DNA from: Candidatus Limimorpha sp.
GTDB taxonomy: Bacteria > Bacteroidota > Bacteroidia > Bacteroidales > F082
DNA length: 64,000 nt
Direction: 5' to 3'
Assembly: GCA_041854745.1 (NCBI GenBank)
Contig: JBHACT010000040.1
Coordinates: 1,200-65,199, forward strand
Shown piece by piece: positions 16,601 through 24,972 of this stretch. The notes under the pieces are model-generated. The model saw only the letters and a program-made list of their open reading frames with translations, did no database searches and was not told where the DNA came from. The position numbers and the translations under genes are program-made. Within the stretch, counting starts at the first letter, position 1. Every line of letters starts with the position of its first letter.

Positions 16601-17812
16601 ATGAGAAACACCACTATTATAAGCAAAGCCCTGCTGCTTCTTTTGGCTATGAGCTACTCGGTTTTCGCGAAAGCGCAGGAGCCTTGCGAGATTACCTGTA
16701 GTGCCGATATGCCCGTTTGCAGCGAGTCGGCCGTAACACTAAGCGTACCAAACAATTACTTGTATTCTTTCTTGTGGTCGCCGGGTGGACAGACTACCAG
16801 CAGCATTACCGTGCGTCCTTATGCGACCACGACCTATCGCGTTGAGGTACGCGAGACAGAGAGCGACAATCTTGTGTGTCAAAACGAAATCACCGTGGAG
16901 GTAAAACCGCGTTTTGAAGTCAATTTCCGTCAAGTGAAACTGACTTGTAGCAACCGCGATGCGGAAAACGGCAGGAATGCCCAAGTGATTGCTTTAGTTG
17001 ACAGTCTTTCAAGTGTTTATGAGCCACCCTTTAACTACCAATGGGAAGTGAGTCCATTGCATATCGCGCCTAACGACCCCTCTTGGGCTATCGGCTTGGA
17101 GGCTTACAAGTACTATCACATCAAAGTAACCGACAACCGTGGCTGTATGCAGCGCGACAGTGTCTCGTTGAAGGCGTATCCCAATCCCAGGGTGGAAATC
17201 ACGACCGCACCTAAAGACACCGTTTACCTGCAAAACCCGCATGTAACATATTTCTTCGATAACCTCTCTGCTGATACGCTGGAAATCAGCAATTTCTATT
17301 GGATACTCAACCAGCAGTACAACATCACTTCCACTTCACCCGAGCCGCGTTTCACCTATGTGGAGACAGGTGATTTCAGCACCGAACTGAAAGTTTATAA
17401 TCCTCAAGGGTGCGACACTTCCTATTTCCATACCGTAAGAGTGGAGCCGGTGAAATTGAAGATTCCGAATGTGTTTACTCCTAACAGCGATGGCACCAAT
17501 GACTATTTCATCATTTCCCTTGACAGAGGTAGTGACACCCCAAATAACAATGCAGGAGGCAAGCGCGGCCACCGCGATTCCGGATTGGAATACGAGAACT
17601 ATGAACCTTTGAGCAGCTATTATGAAAGGGCAGATCTGACCGTTTTCAACCGTTGGGGCCGTATTGTTTACCAGTCGAGCAATTACCAAAACGACTGGGA
17701 CGGCGGTGACTTGTCGGACGGCACCTATTTTTATGTTTTGAAGTGCCACGGCTTGAAAAATGACGCCACCTACCATGGATCAGTCATGATCATCAAATCC
17801 AGAAGACAATGA
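16601..17812 (+). CDS. T9SS type B (gliding-motility-type) C-terminal-domain protein
   Basis: Signal peptide; Cys-rich Ig-like repeats; PKD-like module; CTD IPNVFTPNSDGTNDYF...FNRWGRIVYQS...DGTYFYVLK. Confidence 0.8.
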   Translation: MRNTTIISKALLLLLAMSYSVFAKAQEPCEITCSADMPVCSESAVTLSVPNNYLYSFLWSPGGQTTSSITVRPYATTTYRVEVRETESDNLVCQNEITVEVKPRFEVNFRQVKLTCSNRDAENGRNAQVIALVDSLSSVYEPPFNYQWEVSPLHIAPNDPSWAIGLEAYKYYHIKVTDNRGCMQRDSVSLKAYPNPRVEITTAPKDTVYLQNPHVTYFFDNLSADTLEISNFYWILNQQYNITSTSPEPRFTYVETGDFSTELKVYNPQGCDTSYFHTVRVEPVKLKIPNVFTPNSDGTNDYFIISLDRGSDTPNNNAGGKRGHRDSGLEYENYEPLSSYYERADLTVFNRWGRIVYQSSNYQNDWDGGDLSDGTYFYVLKCHGLKNDATYHGSVMIIKSRRQ

Positions 17813-18279
17813 GAAAAGCGTTGAATATTAAGCATTTGTTTGCTCTTGCCATCTTGGCCTTGTGTGTGATGACGGCCTGCGAGGAGAAGAAAGAAGGCAA
17901 TCTTCCTACCGATTTGGTAACCAACCCCAAGTCGGCCATCGAGACCTCCAATAAACAGGCGGTCATCAATTTCAACAAGAAAGAACACGACTTCGGCACT
18001 TTGCTGCAAGGCGAAGTGGTGAGTTATACTTTTCATTTTACCAATGCGGGAAATATACCGCTGATTATCAGTGAAGTGGGTTCGAGTTGCGGCTGCACGG
18101 TGGGTGACTATCCCCGACAACCTATCGCTCCGGGTGAGTCGGGCGATGTCAAGGTAACCTACAACAGCAAGGGCCATCATGGCTTCCAAAGCCGTTTCCT
18201 GACCGTCATGTCGAACACCAACCCCGCCAAGACTACCTTGCGTATCAAAGGCATGGTGCAAACCCCAGACCAATACTAA
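17809..18279 (+). CDS. DUF1573-domain lipoprotein
   Basis: Lipobox LALCVMTAC; HDFGTLLQGEVVSYTFHFTNAGNIPLIISEVGSSCGCT core; ATGA overlap with the upstream gene. Confidence 0.8.
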   Translation: MRKALNIKHLFALAILALCVMTACEEKKEGNLPTDLVTNPKSAIETSNKQAVINFNKKEHDFGTLLQGEVVSYTFHFTNAGNIPLIISEVGSSCGCTVGDYPRQPIAPGESGDVKVTYNSKGHHGFQSRFLTVMSNTNPAKTTLRIKGMVQTPDQY

Positions 18280-18420
18280 ATCAGTTGATAGTTATGAATT
18301 GGAAGTTAGGAGCCGGGAGACACGCTTTGCGTTACTGGCAAAGTACGAGGTAGTCCAGAGTTATAAATCTTAAATATTGAATTATAATTTTTTATTTCTT
18401 AAATCTATAAATTACACAAA

Positions 18421-18756
18421 ATGAACAATTTACTTGTTTTACTCGATGGTGCTGCTCAAGCAGCAGGACAAGAAGGTACCATTATGCAAAAGTATGGAAG
18501 CCTGTTTTTCATCCTCATCCTCGTCGTCGTTTTCTGGCTGTTCTTCATTCGACCGCAATCGAAGAGAGCCAAGGAAGAACGGAAATACCGCGATAGCCTC
18601 CAAAAGGGCGACAAGGTTGTTACCATCGGCGGCTTCCACGGCAAGGTGGTCGAAGTGAAGGATACCACCGTGATCATTTCCATTGCACCCAACACCGAAG
18701 TGGAAGTGGAGAAGAGCGCTCTCGTTCAGGGTGCCAGCCGTGTCGGACAATCCTAA
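18421..18756 (+). CDS. yajC: Preprotein translocase subunit YajC
   Basis: Single TM then FFIRPQSKRAKE...GDKVVTIGGFHGKVVEV, the YajC signature. Confidence 0.9.
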   Translation: MNNLLVLLDGAAQAAGQEGTIMQKYGSLFFILILVVVFWLFFIRPQSKRAKEERKYRDSLQKGDKVVTIGGFHGKVVEVKDTTVIISIAPNTEVEVEKSALVQGASRVGQS

Positions 18757-18774
18757 TCATCGGAGCGGTTTGTC

Positions 18775-19737
18775 ATGACGGACGAACTGAATCGTATCAA
18801 GCAGAAGGTGGAACGCAAAAACAAGCGTTCTGCCTTCACTTTTCTCATTTTTTTGGCCATCTCCACTGCGGCGTGGTTCTTAGTCAAATTGTCGGAGGGT
18901 TATGTTACTCAGACCACATTCCGCTTGCAGCTGGAGGAGGTGCCTGCCGACAAATGGGTTTCGTCGGATGTGCAGTTTGTGAAGATGTCGCTCAACATCG
19001 ACGGCTTTCATACTTTGAAATATAAGATGATTCGCGACCGTTTTGTCTCCATCCACTTGAATGAAGTGCCCTACCGCCTCGAAAATGGCAACGCCTATTC
19101 CTTTAGCAGCCAATATGTGGCCGAGAAGGTGGCCGAGAGGCTCAATATCAACGCGTCCGATATCATGATAAACGATGCGAAGATATATTTTACTATGGAT
19201 GCCCTGAAGTCGAAGGTTGTGCCTGTGGTTTTGCAGTCCAACATCATGACGGCTCGCCAATACGATATCTATGGCGTACCCATGCTCGATCCTTCGTCAG
19301 TAACCATCTTCGGGCCACAGGATGTTATCGATACGATTAAGACGGTGAAAACAGAATGGCTTTCCTTGACCAATGTGAGTCAGGATTTTGCGACCACCAT
19401 ACCCCTTGACATGCTCGGCGGTCAAATCCGCTCCAACATCAAGGAGGTGAAAGCCGAGGTGCGGGTGGAGAAGTTCACCGAGATGGATATGGAAGTGCCC
19501 ATCCATGTGAACGATAGCCTGAGGGTGCGTTTCTTCCCTGAGACGATGTCGGTGAAATGCCTTGTGGCCATGAAGGACTATTCTTCTATCTTGCCTGAGC
19601 ATTTCAGTGTGGCCGTCGACAAGCAACAGTTGAAGGATAGGCAGCCTCTTTTGGATGTTCGTCTCGCATCGTGGCCTCCAACCGTCCAAATCCTCAGCAC
19701 CCGCCCTGACAAGGTGGAATACCTCATCGTGCAATGA
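18775..19737 (+). CDS. YbbR-like domain membrane-anchored protein
   Basis: N-terminal TM helix, beta-rich repeated modules; position between yajC and coaE as I recall for Bacteroidales. Confidence 0.55.
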   Translation: MTDELNRIKQKVERKNKRSAFTFLIFLAISTAAWFLVKLSEGYVTQTTFRLQLEEVPADKWVSSDVQFVKMSLNIDGFHTLKYKMIRDRFVSIHLNEVPYRLENGNAYSFSSQYVAEKVAERLNINASDIMINDAKIYFTMDALKSKVVPVVLQSNIMTARQYDIYGVPMLDPSSVTIFGPQDVIDTIKTVKTEWLSLTNVSQDFATTIPLDMLGGQIRSNIKEVKAEVRVEKFTEMDMEVPIHVNDSLRVRFFPETMSVKCLVAMKDYSSILPEHFSVAVDKQQLKDRQPLLDVRLASWPPTVQILSTRPDKVEYLIVQ

Positions 19738-20318
19738 AGAAGATCGCCATAACAGGCAATATTGGCAGCGGCAAGTCGTGGGTTTGCATGCTGTTTGAAC
19801 AGCATTTCGGTATCCCTGTATACAATAGCGATGATGCCGCCAAACGAATGTATTTTCTGCCTGAAGTGCGCAAAAAACTGGTCAATCGTTTTGGCGAAAC
19901 CATCTACCTGTCTGATACTGAAATTGATAGGAAGTATCTCGCAGACTTAATCTTTCATGATGAGACTGCCCAAAGCGACTTAGAAGGCATTCTCTATCCC
20001 GCCTTGTTCGTCGACTTCAATCAATGGGCCGAAAAACAGTCTGCACCCTATGTGTTGTTTGAATCGGCTTTGGTTTTTGAGAAGCGTCTGGAAAAGCGGT
20101 TTGATGTCGTGGTGATGGTTTCGGCTTCCGAGTCCACACGCTTGCGCCGCGCCATACGCCGCGAACATTGTGATGAAGCGGACATAAGGGCAAGGATGGC
20201 AAAACAATGGCCTGAAGAAGGCAAACGCCTGTTGTCCGATTATGTCATTTGGCATGAAAAGGATGATGAGGATGAGGTACTTATGGAACAGATTGAGTGT
20301 TTGCATAAGTTATTCTAA
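19734..20318 (+). CDS. coaE: Dephospho-CoA kinase
   Basis: P-loop ITGNIGSGKS and CoaE-like layout; ATGA overlap with upstream gene. Confidence 0.85.
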   Translation: MKKIAITGNIGSGKSWVCMLFEQHFGIPVYNSDDAAKRMYFLPEVRKKLVNRFGETIYLSDTEIDRKYLADLIFHDETAQSDLEGILYPALFVDFNQWAEKQSAPYVLFESALVFEKRLEKRFDVVVMVSASESTRLRRAIRREHCDEADIRARMAKQWPEEGKRLLSDYVIWHEKDDEDEVLMEQIECLHKLF

Positions 20319-20348
20319 ACTTTTTCTTGCTGGTAAGTTTTTTTTCCG

Positions 20349-20356
20349 TATCTTTG
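20349..20356 (+). promoter_or_regulatory. Bacteroidota -7 promoter box (TAnnTTTG)
   Basis: TATCTTTG, 30 nt before iorA ATG. Confidence 0.55.
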
Positions 20357-20386
20357 TGCCAAATCATAAAGTACAAGATATAATTT

Positions 20387-21967
20387 ATGGAGAAATTATT
20401 GCTATTAGGCGATGAGGCCATTGCACAGGGCTTCATCGATGCTGGCGGCTCGGCCGTTAACAGCTATCCGGGCACACCTTCAACCCAAATCACAGAGTAT
20501 GTCATCAATTCAAAACAGGCCAAGGAGCTTGGCGTGAAAGCCAATTGGTGCGCCAACGAGAAAACGGCTCTCGAAGCTTCCATCGGCGTGGCCTATGCCG
20601 GCAAGCGTGCCATGAGCTGCATGAAGCATGTGGGGCTCAATGTGTGTGGCGACCCCTTTATGAACGCTGCCATCATCGGCACCAAGGGCCTTCTCATCGT
20701 GGTGGCTGACGACCCGAGCATGTTCTCGTCGCAGGACGAGCAGGACAGCCGCTTCTACGGTCACTGGGCCATGATTCCCATGCTGGAGCCTTCCAACCAA
20801 CAAGAAGCCTACGACATGGTGCACTACGGCTTCGAGTTGAGTGAGAAGCTCGGCACGCCGGTGCTCTATCGTATCCCGACCCGTTTGGCACACAGCCGTG
20901 CAGGTGTGGTGCGCAAGCCCGTCCGTCCGCAGAACGAGCTCACTGAGCCTGCCGACGCCAAGTCGTTCGTGCTGCTGCCCGCCAATGCCAAGCGTCTCTA
21001 CCGCGACCTCATCGACAAGCAGCCCGCTTTCACTGAGGCTTCGGAGACATCTGGCTTCAACAAATACATTGACGGCCCGAAAAAGAACATCGGTATCATC
21101 ACCACGGGTATCGCCTACAACTACCTGATGGAGAATTTCCCCGACGGCCAATGCCCCTATCCCGTTGTCAAGGTTACGCAATACCCGTTGCCTTACGATA
21201 TGATTAACAAGCTGTACGACGAGTGCAATGAAATTTTGGTACTCGAAGACGGTCAACCTTTCGTGGAAGAGAAGATCAAGGGTTTCCTCGCCAAGGGCAA
21301 GAATGTCATGGGCCGTTTGGATGAGACCATCCGCCGCGATGGTGAGCTGAATTCCGAGAAGGTGGCCAAGGCCCTCGGCATGGATGTGCCTACGATGTTC
21401 AGGGTGCCGGAGGTGGTTACCAACCGTCCGCCCGCGCTTTGCCAAGGCTGCCCGCATACCGATAGCTACAATGCTCTGAATGCAGTCATGGAAAAATATA
21501 AAGGAGGCAAGGTGTTTGGCGACATCGGCTGCTACACATTGGGCTTCAACATGGGTGCCATCAACACGACAGTGTGCATGGGTGCCTCCATCACCATGGC
21601 CAAGGGCGCCAGTGAGGTGGGTGTTTTCCCGAGCGTGGCTGTCATCGGAGATGGAACCTTCGGCCACAGCGGTATGACGGGCCTGTTGGACTGTGTCAAC
21701 GAAAAGGCCAATGTTGTGGTTATGATTCTCGACAACGACATCACCGCCATGACGGGTGGCCAGCCTTCATCGGCCAACAACAAGATCCGTCGCATTTGCG
21801 AAGGCCTTGGCGTTGAACCCGAGCATATCCGCGACATCGTTCCGTTGCCCAAAAACCTCGAAGAGAATATCAAGATCATCGAGGAAGAGGTCAACTACAA
21901 CGGCGTGTCGGTTATCATCCCGCACCGCATCTGCATCGTGGAATTGAAGAAACACATGAAAAAATAA
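20387..21967 (+). CDS. iorA: Indolepyruvate:ferredoxin oxidoreductase subunit alpha
   Basis: LLGDEAIAQG, SYPGTPST, CQGCPH, GDGTFGHSG (TPP-binding) motifs; followed by iorB. Confidence 0.85.
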   Translation: MEKLLLLGDEAIAQGFIDAGGSAVNSYPGTPSTQITEYVINSKQAKELGVKANWCANEKTALEASIGVAYAGKRAMSCMKHVGLNVCGDPFMNAAIIGTKGLLIVVADDPSMFSSQDEQDSRFYGHWAMIPMLEPSNQQEAYDMVHYGFELSEKLGTPVLYRIPTRLAHSRAGVVRKPVRPQNELTEPADAKSFVLLPANAKRLYRDLIDKQPAFTEASETSGFNKYIDGPKKNIGIITTGIAYNYLMENFPDGQCPYPVVKVTQYPLPYDMINKLYDECNEILVLEDGQPFVEEKIKGFLAKGKNVMGRLDETIRRDGELNSEKVAKALGMDVPTMFRVPEVVTNRPPALCQGCPHTDSYNALNAVMEKYKGGKVFGDIGCYTLGFNMGAINTTVCMGASITMAKGASEVGVFPSVAVIGDGTFGHSGMTGLLDCVNEKANVVVMILDNDITAMTGGQPSSANNKIRRICEGLGVEPEHIRDIVPLPKNLEENIKIIEEEVNYNGVSVIIPHRICIVELKKHMKK

Positions 21968-21977
21968 TCGTTCGATT

Positions 21978-22042
21978 TGTAGAGACACGGCGTGCCGCGT
22001 CTCGATATCGCGTCTTGAGACGCGGCACGCCGTGTCTCTACA
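21978..22042. repeat. Composite REP: two inverted GTAGAGAC units, 26-bp perfect arms
   Basis: TGTAGAGACACGGCGTGCCGCGTCTC-13 nt-GAGACGCGGCACGCCGTGTCTCTACA between iorA and iorB. Confidence 0.9.
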
Positions 22043-22046
22043 GAAC

Positions 22047-22072
22047 CGAATTTTGAATATTAAATCTTAAAT
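22047..22072 (+). repeat. AT-rich leader motif, copy A (before iorB)
   Basis: CGAATTTTGAATATTAAATCTTAAAT; 25/26 identical to 34096-34121. Confidence 0.85.
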
Positions 22073-22080
22073 CCAGAAAA

Positions 22081-22650
22081 ATGAAAAAAGATATAGTACT
22101 TTGCGGCGTGGGTGGCGATGGAATCGTTTCGGTGGCCAAGATCATCTCCGACGCAGCCTTGAACATGGGCATGAACCTGAAACAATCCGAAATCCACGGC
22201 ATGTCGCAGCGTGGCGGCTCGGTGTTTTCGCACCTCCGCATTTCCGACAATGAGATTTTCGCCGATGTCATCCCCGAAGGTCAGGCCGACATCATCCTCT
22301 CTTCCGAGCCTATGGAAGCCTTGCGCTATCTGCCTTGGCTGGCTAAGGAAGGTTGGGTCATCACCAACACCGATCCCTTCGTCAACATCGGTAACTATCC
22401 CGATATGGAGAAGATCAACGCCGAGCTGGGCAAACTTGAGCATATCGTTTCCTTCGACGCCAACGAGATTGCCAAGAAACTGAAAGCCCGTTCCAACATG
22501 GTGCTGCTGGGGGCCACAGTGCCTTATCTCGGCATCGAGATGGATAAGGTGGAAGAAGCCATCCAGCACATCTTCGGCAAGAAAGGCCAAGAGGTCGTCG
22601 ACCTCAACATACAGGCCGTTCGTGCCGGTTACGAGCAGGCCACGAAATAA
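22081..22650 (+). CDS. iorB: Indolepyruvate oxidoreductase subunit beta
   Basis: CGVGGDGIVS...HGMSQRGGSV pattern of the gamma-type 2-oxoacid oxidoreductase domain. Confidence 0.85.
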   Translation: MKKDIVLCGVGGDGIVSVAKIISDAALNMGMNLKQSEIHGMSQRGGSVFSHLRISDNEIFADVIPEGQADIILSSEPMEALRYLPWLAKEGWVITNTDPFVNIGNYPDMEKINAELGKLEHIVSFDANEIAKKLKARSNMVLLGATVPYLGIEMDKVEEAIQHIFGKKGQEVVDLNIQAVRAGYEQATK

Positions 22651-22663
22651 TTCCTTTTTGTAT

Positions 22664-22740
22664 GTAGAGACGCGATTCATCGCGTCTCTCATTACATTCA
22701 TCGCGTCTCTCATCACAATTCATTGTGTTTCTCATCGCGA
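22664..22740. repeat. REP-like palindrome plus tandem solo right arms
   Basis: TGTAGAGACGCGATTCATCGCGTCTCT matches the 7686 copy across its first 26 nt; followed by ATTCATCGCGTCTCTCAT again and a degenerate third copy. Confidence 0.8.
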
Positions 22741-22770
22741 TTTATTCATCCCACAGCAATCCATAACACG

Positions 22771-22812
22771 AAAAATGCCCGATTGAAAAAATCCCAATCG
22801 GGCATTTTTTTT
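22771..22812. terminator. Bidirectional intrinsic terminator between iorB and cstA
   Basis: AAAAATGCCCGATTG-loop-CAATCGGGCATTTTTTTT. Confidence 0.75.
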
Positions 22813-22823
22813 GCATTCGGTCC

Positions 22824-24278
22824 TTATATCGTTTTCTTGTTTCTCTTTAAGAATAGTGCAAACAGCAGCAATCCCAACAAGGTGATGGTTGCACCAATGC
22901 CGTAGCCCACTGAGGTGGGTAGGATGGAGCCCAAACCGCCGTCGGCAGCTTTGGCCACGAAGAGGAAAGAGCCAGTTACCATCGTCATAAACAAAGCTGG
23001 AATCAAGGTGATGAGATACCAAAGTTTGCCTTTGTTTTTGGCAAGATACACCGAAATAGCCCAAAGCGTGACCGTGGCCAAGAGTTGGTTGGCCCAAGCG
23101 AAATAACGCCAGATGAGTTGGAAACCATTCTTGTCGGAAATGCTGTAAACCAAGATGATGGCCATGACGACAAACATCGGAACGGCGATAACCAAGCGGT
23201 TTTTGATTGGTTTTTGGTCGTAGTGCATGAAGTCGGCAATGATGAGTCGGGCCGAGCGCATGGCCGTGTCGCCCGAGGTGACGGCGGCACTGATGACACC
23301 CAGAATGGTGATGGTGGCGATGATGGGCGTGAACCAAGTGCCGGCGATGATACCCACGATGGCAGCGCCACTTTTGCCCGTTACATCGACCACGCTATCA
23401 GGACCGAAGAAATAGGCTGCTGCGGCAGCCCAAATCAAGGCGACGACACCTTCAGTAATCATGGCTCCGTAAAAAATCGGGCGCCCCTGCTTCTCATTCA
23501 CCATGCAACGCGCCATCAGTGGCGACTGCGTGGCATGGAAACCTGAGATGGCACCACAGGCAATTGAGATGAACATCATTGGGAAGATGGGGTTGTTGGC
23601 CGCTTCGGGATGACGGTTTTGCAGCCCGCTCCAAAGCTCCGGAATCTCTGGCTTGTAAATGAGGAAGGCAATGAAAATGGCCACCGCCATGCCCAATAGC
23701 AGGATGCCGAAGATGGGATAGATTTTGCCGATGAGTTTGTCGATGGGCAACAAGGTGGCGATAAGGTAATATGCGATGATGATGACAATCCAAATGTAAG
23801 GGTTCCAGCTTTGGGTGAATTGTGCGTTGAGCAGTGTGGCGGGTGTGTTCACAAACACCACGCCGACCAAGATCATCAAAATGACGGTGAAGCCGCGCAT
23901 GACTTGCTTCGCGCCTTTGCCCAAGTAAGTGCCGTGTATTTCGGGCAGACTTGCACCCTTATCGCGCAAGGAAACCATGCCTGCGAGATAGTCGTGAACG
24001 GCACCGGCGAAAATACTGCCCAGTACAATCCACAGGAAAGAAGCCGTTCCGAATTGGGCTCCCATGATGGCACCGATGATGGGCCCAACGCCCGCTATGT
24101 TCAAAAATTGAATCAGGAAGATACGCCAAGGCTTCATCGGTACATAGTCGACACCGTCGGTCATGGTCGTTGCTGGCGTGGCGCGCTGCGGGTCGGCGCC
24201 AAAAAACCTCTCAACGAGTTTTCCGTATACGAAATAGCCGAGAATGAGCACGGCCAATGCGATAAAGAAAGTAATCAT
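22824..24278 (-). CDS. cstA: Carbon starvation protein A (peptide/pyruvate transporter family)
   Basis: N-terminus ...YGKLVERFFG...FLNIAGVGPIIGAIMGAQFG and polytopic layout typical of CstA. Confidence 0.9.
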   Translation of the reverse strand: MITFFIALAVLILGYFVYGKLVERFFGADPQRATPATTMTDGVDYVPMKPWRIFLIQFLNIAGVGPIIGAIMGAQFGTASFLWIVLGSIFAGAVHDYLAGMVSLRDKGASLPEIHGTYLGKGAKQVMRGFTVILMILVGVVFVNTPATLLNAQFTQSWNPYIWIVIIIAYYLIATLLPIDKLIGKIYPIFGILLLGMAVAIFIAFLIYKPEIPELWSGLQNRHPEAANNPIFPMMFISIACGAISGFHATQSPLMARCMVNEKQGRPIFYGAMITEGVVALIWAAAAAYFFGPDSVVDVTGKSGAAIVGIIAGTWFTPIIATITILGVISAAVTSGDTAMRSARLIIADFMHYDQKPIKNRLVIAVPMFVVMAIILVYSISDKNGFQLIWRYFAWANQLLATVTLWAISVYLAKNKGKLWYLITLIPALFMTMVTGSFLFVAKAADGGLGSILPTSVGYGIGATITLLGLLLFALFLKRNKKTI

Positions 24279-24300
24279 GGGTCTTTGTGTTGAATTGCCG

Positions 24301-24308
24301 CAAAATTA
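24301..24308 (-). promoter_or_regulatory. Bacteroidota -7 promoter box (TAnnTTTG)
   Basis: TAATTTTG on minus strand, 22 nt before cstA ATG. Confidence 0.55.
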
Positions 24309-24350
24309 CGGTTTTTGAAACACAAAACGCATTATCATGGTCAAAAATGC

Positions 24351-24384
24351 AAATAAAAAAACGGCTTGGACAACTCCAAGCCGC
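24351..24384 (-). terminator. Intrinsic terminator after the PepSY-like gene
   Basis: Minus strand: CGGCTTGG-AGTTGT-CCAAGCCG followed by TTTTTTTATTT. Confidence 0.7.
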
Positions 24385-24409
24385 TATAATTCAAGGGGCG
24401 TATTGACAG

Positions 24410-24880
24410 TTAATCGTCTATTTTGGTTACATTGAAGTTCTTGTTGAACTTGATTCCAAGCTCCCTGTTCAGCTCAATCTCCCAGCCTTTGCGCTTTTTC
24501 TCGATTTTGGTGATGCCTTGATCGGCAAAATCGGTCTTCACGCATGCGACAATTTGTTCGGGAACGAGTTCGGCGGGCACACGGGTGTAGGTGGTGGAAT
24601 GCTCACAGTCGATTTTTTTCCATTCAAAGCTGCGATTGAATTCGAGTTCCGTGCCATCGGTCAACTTCACTTCGTATTCGTCCTTTTTGGATTTCACCAT
24701 GAGGACATTGGCTTTTGGAAAATAGGTCTTTGCAAATTCGGTAATAGCGGGGGTGGGGTCTTCGGTGATGGGGTTGGTGCTTTCAATGACCGTTTGTTTT
24801 TCGGTGTTGTTGGCCATTGCGTTGGTTGCGCCGAAGCAAACCAATGCTGTAAAAGCGGCGATGATGGCTAATTTTTTCAT
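24410..24880 (-). CDS. PepSY-like (beta-lactamase-inhibitor-like) secreted protein
   Basis: Signal peptide; two EYEVKL.DGTELEF / GWEIELN..LGIKFNKNF repeats typical of PepSY-like proteins. Confidence 0.65.
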   Translation of the reverse strand: MKKLAIIAAFTALVCFGATNAMANNTEKQTVIESTNPITEDPTPAITEFAKTYFPKANVLMVKSKKDEYEVKLTDGTELEFNRSFEWKKIDCEHSTTYTRVPAELVPEQIVACVKTDFADQGITKIEKKRKGWEIELNRELGIKFNKNFNVTKIDD

Positions 24881-24972
24881 CTTTTTTCGGTTTGTTTTAG
24901 TTGTTATTAATGCGTTGGTTGGTTTGTCTCAAAGGTTTTGGCTGTGCTTGTATCGGTCATCAGCCATCGGTT

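Noticed and set aside
21978-22042. The perfect 26-bp inverted repeat as an invertible promoter switch or IS/MITE termini
   Set aside because: Only 13 nt lie between the arms, which is too short for an inverton or a transposase gene. No recombinase is nearby and I saw no flanking target-site duplication. It is better explained as two head-to-head REP units.
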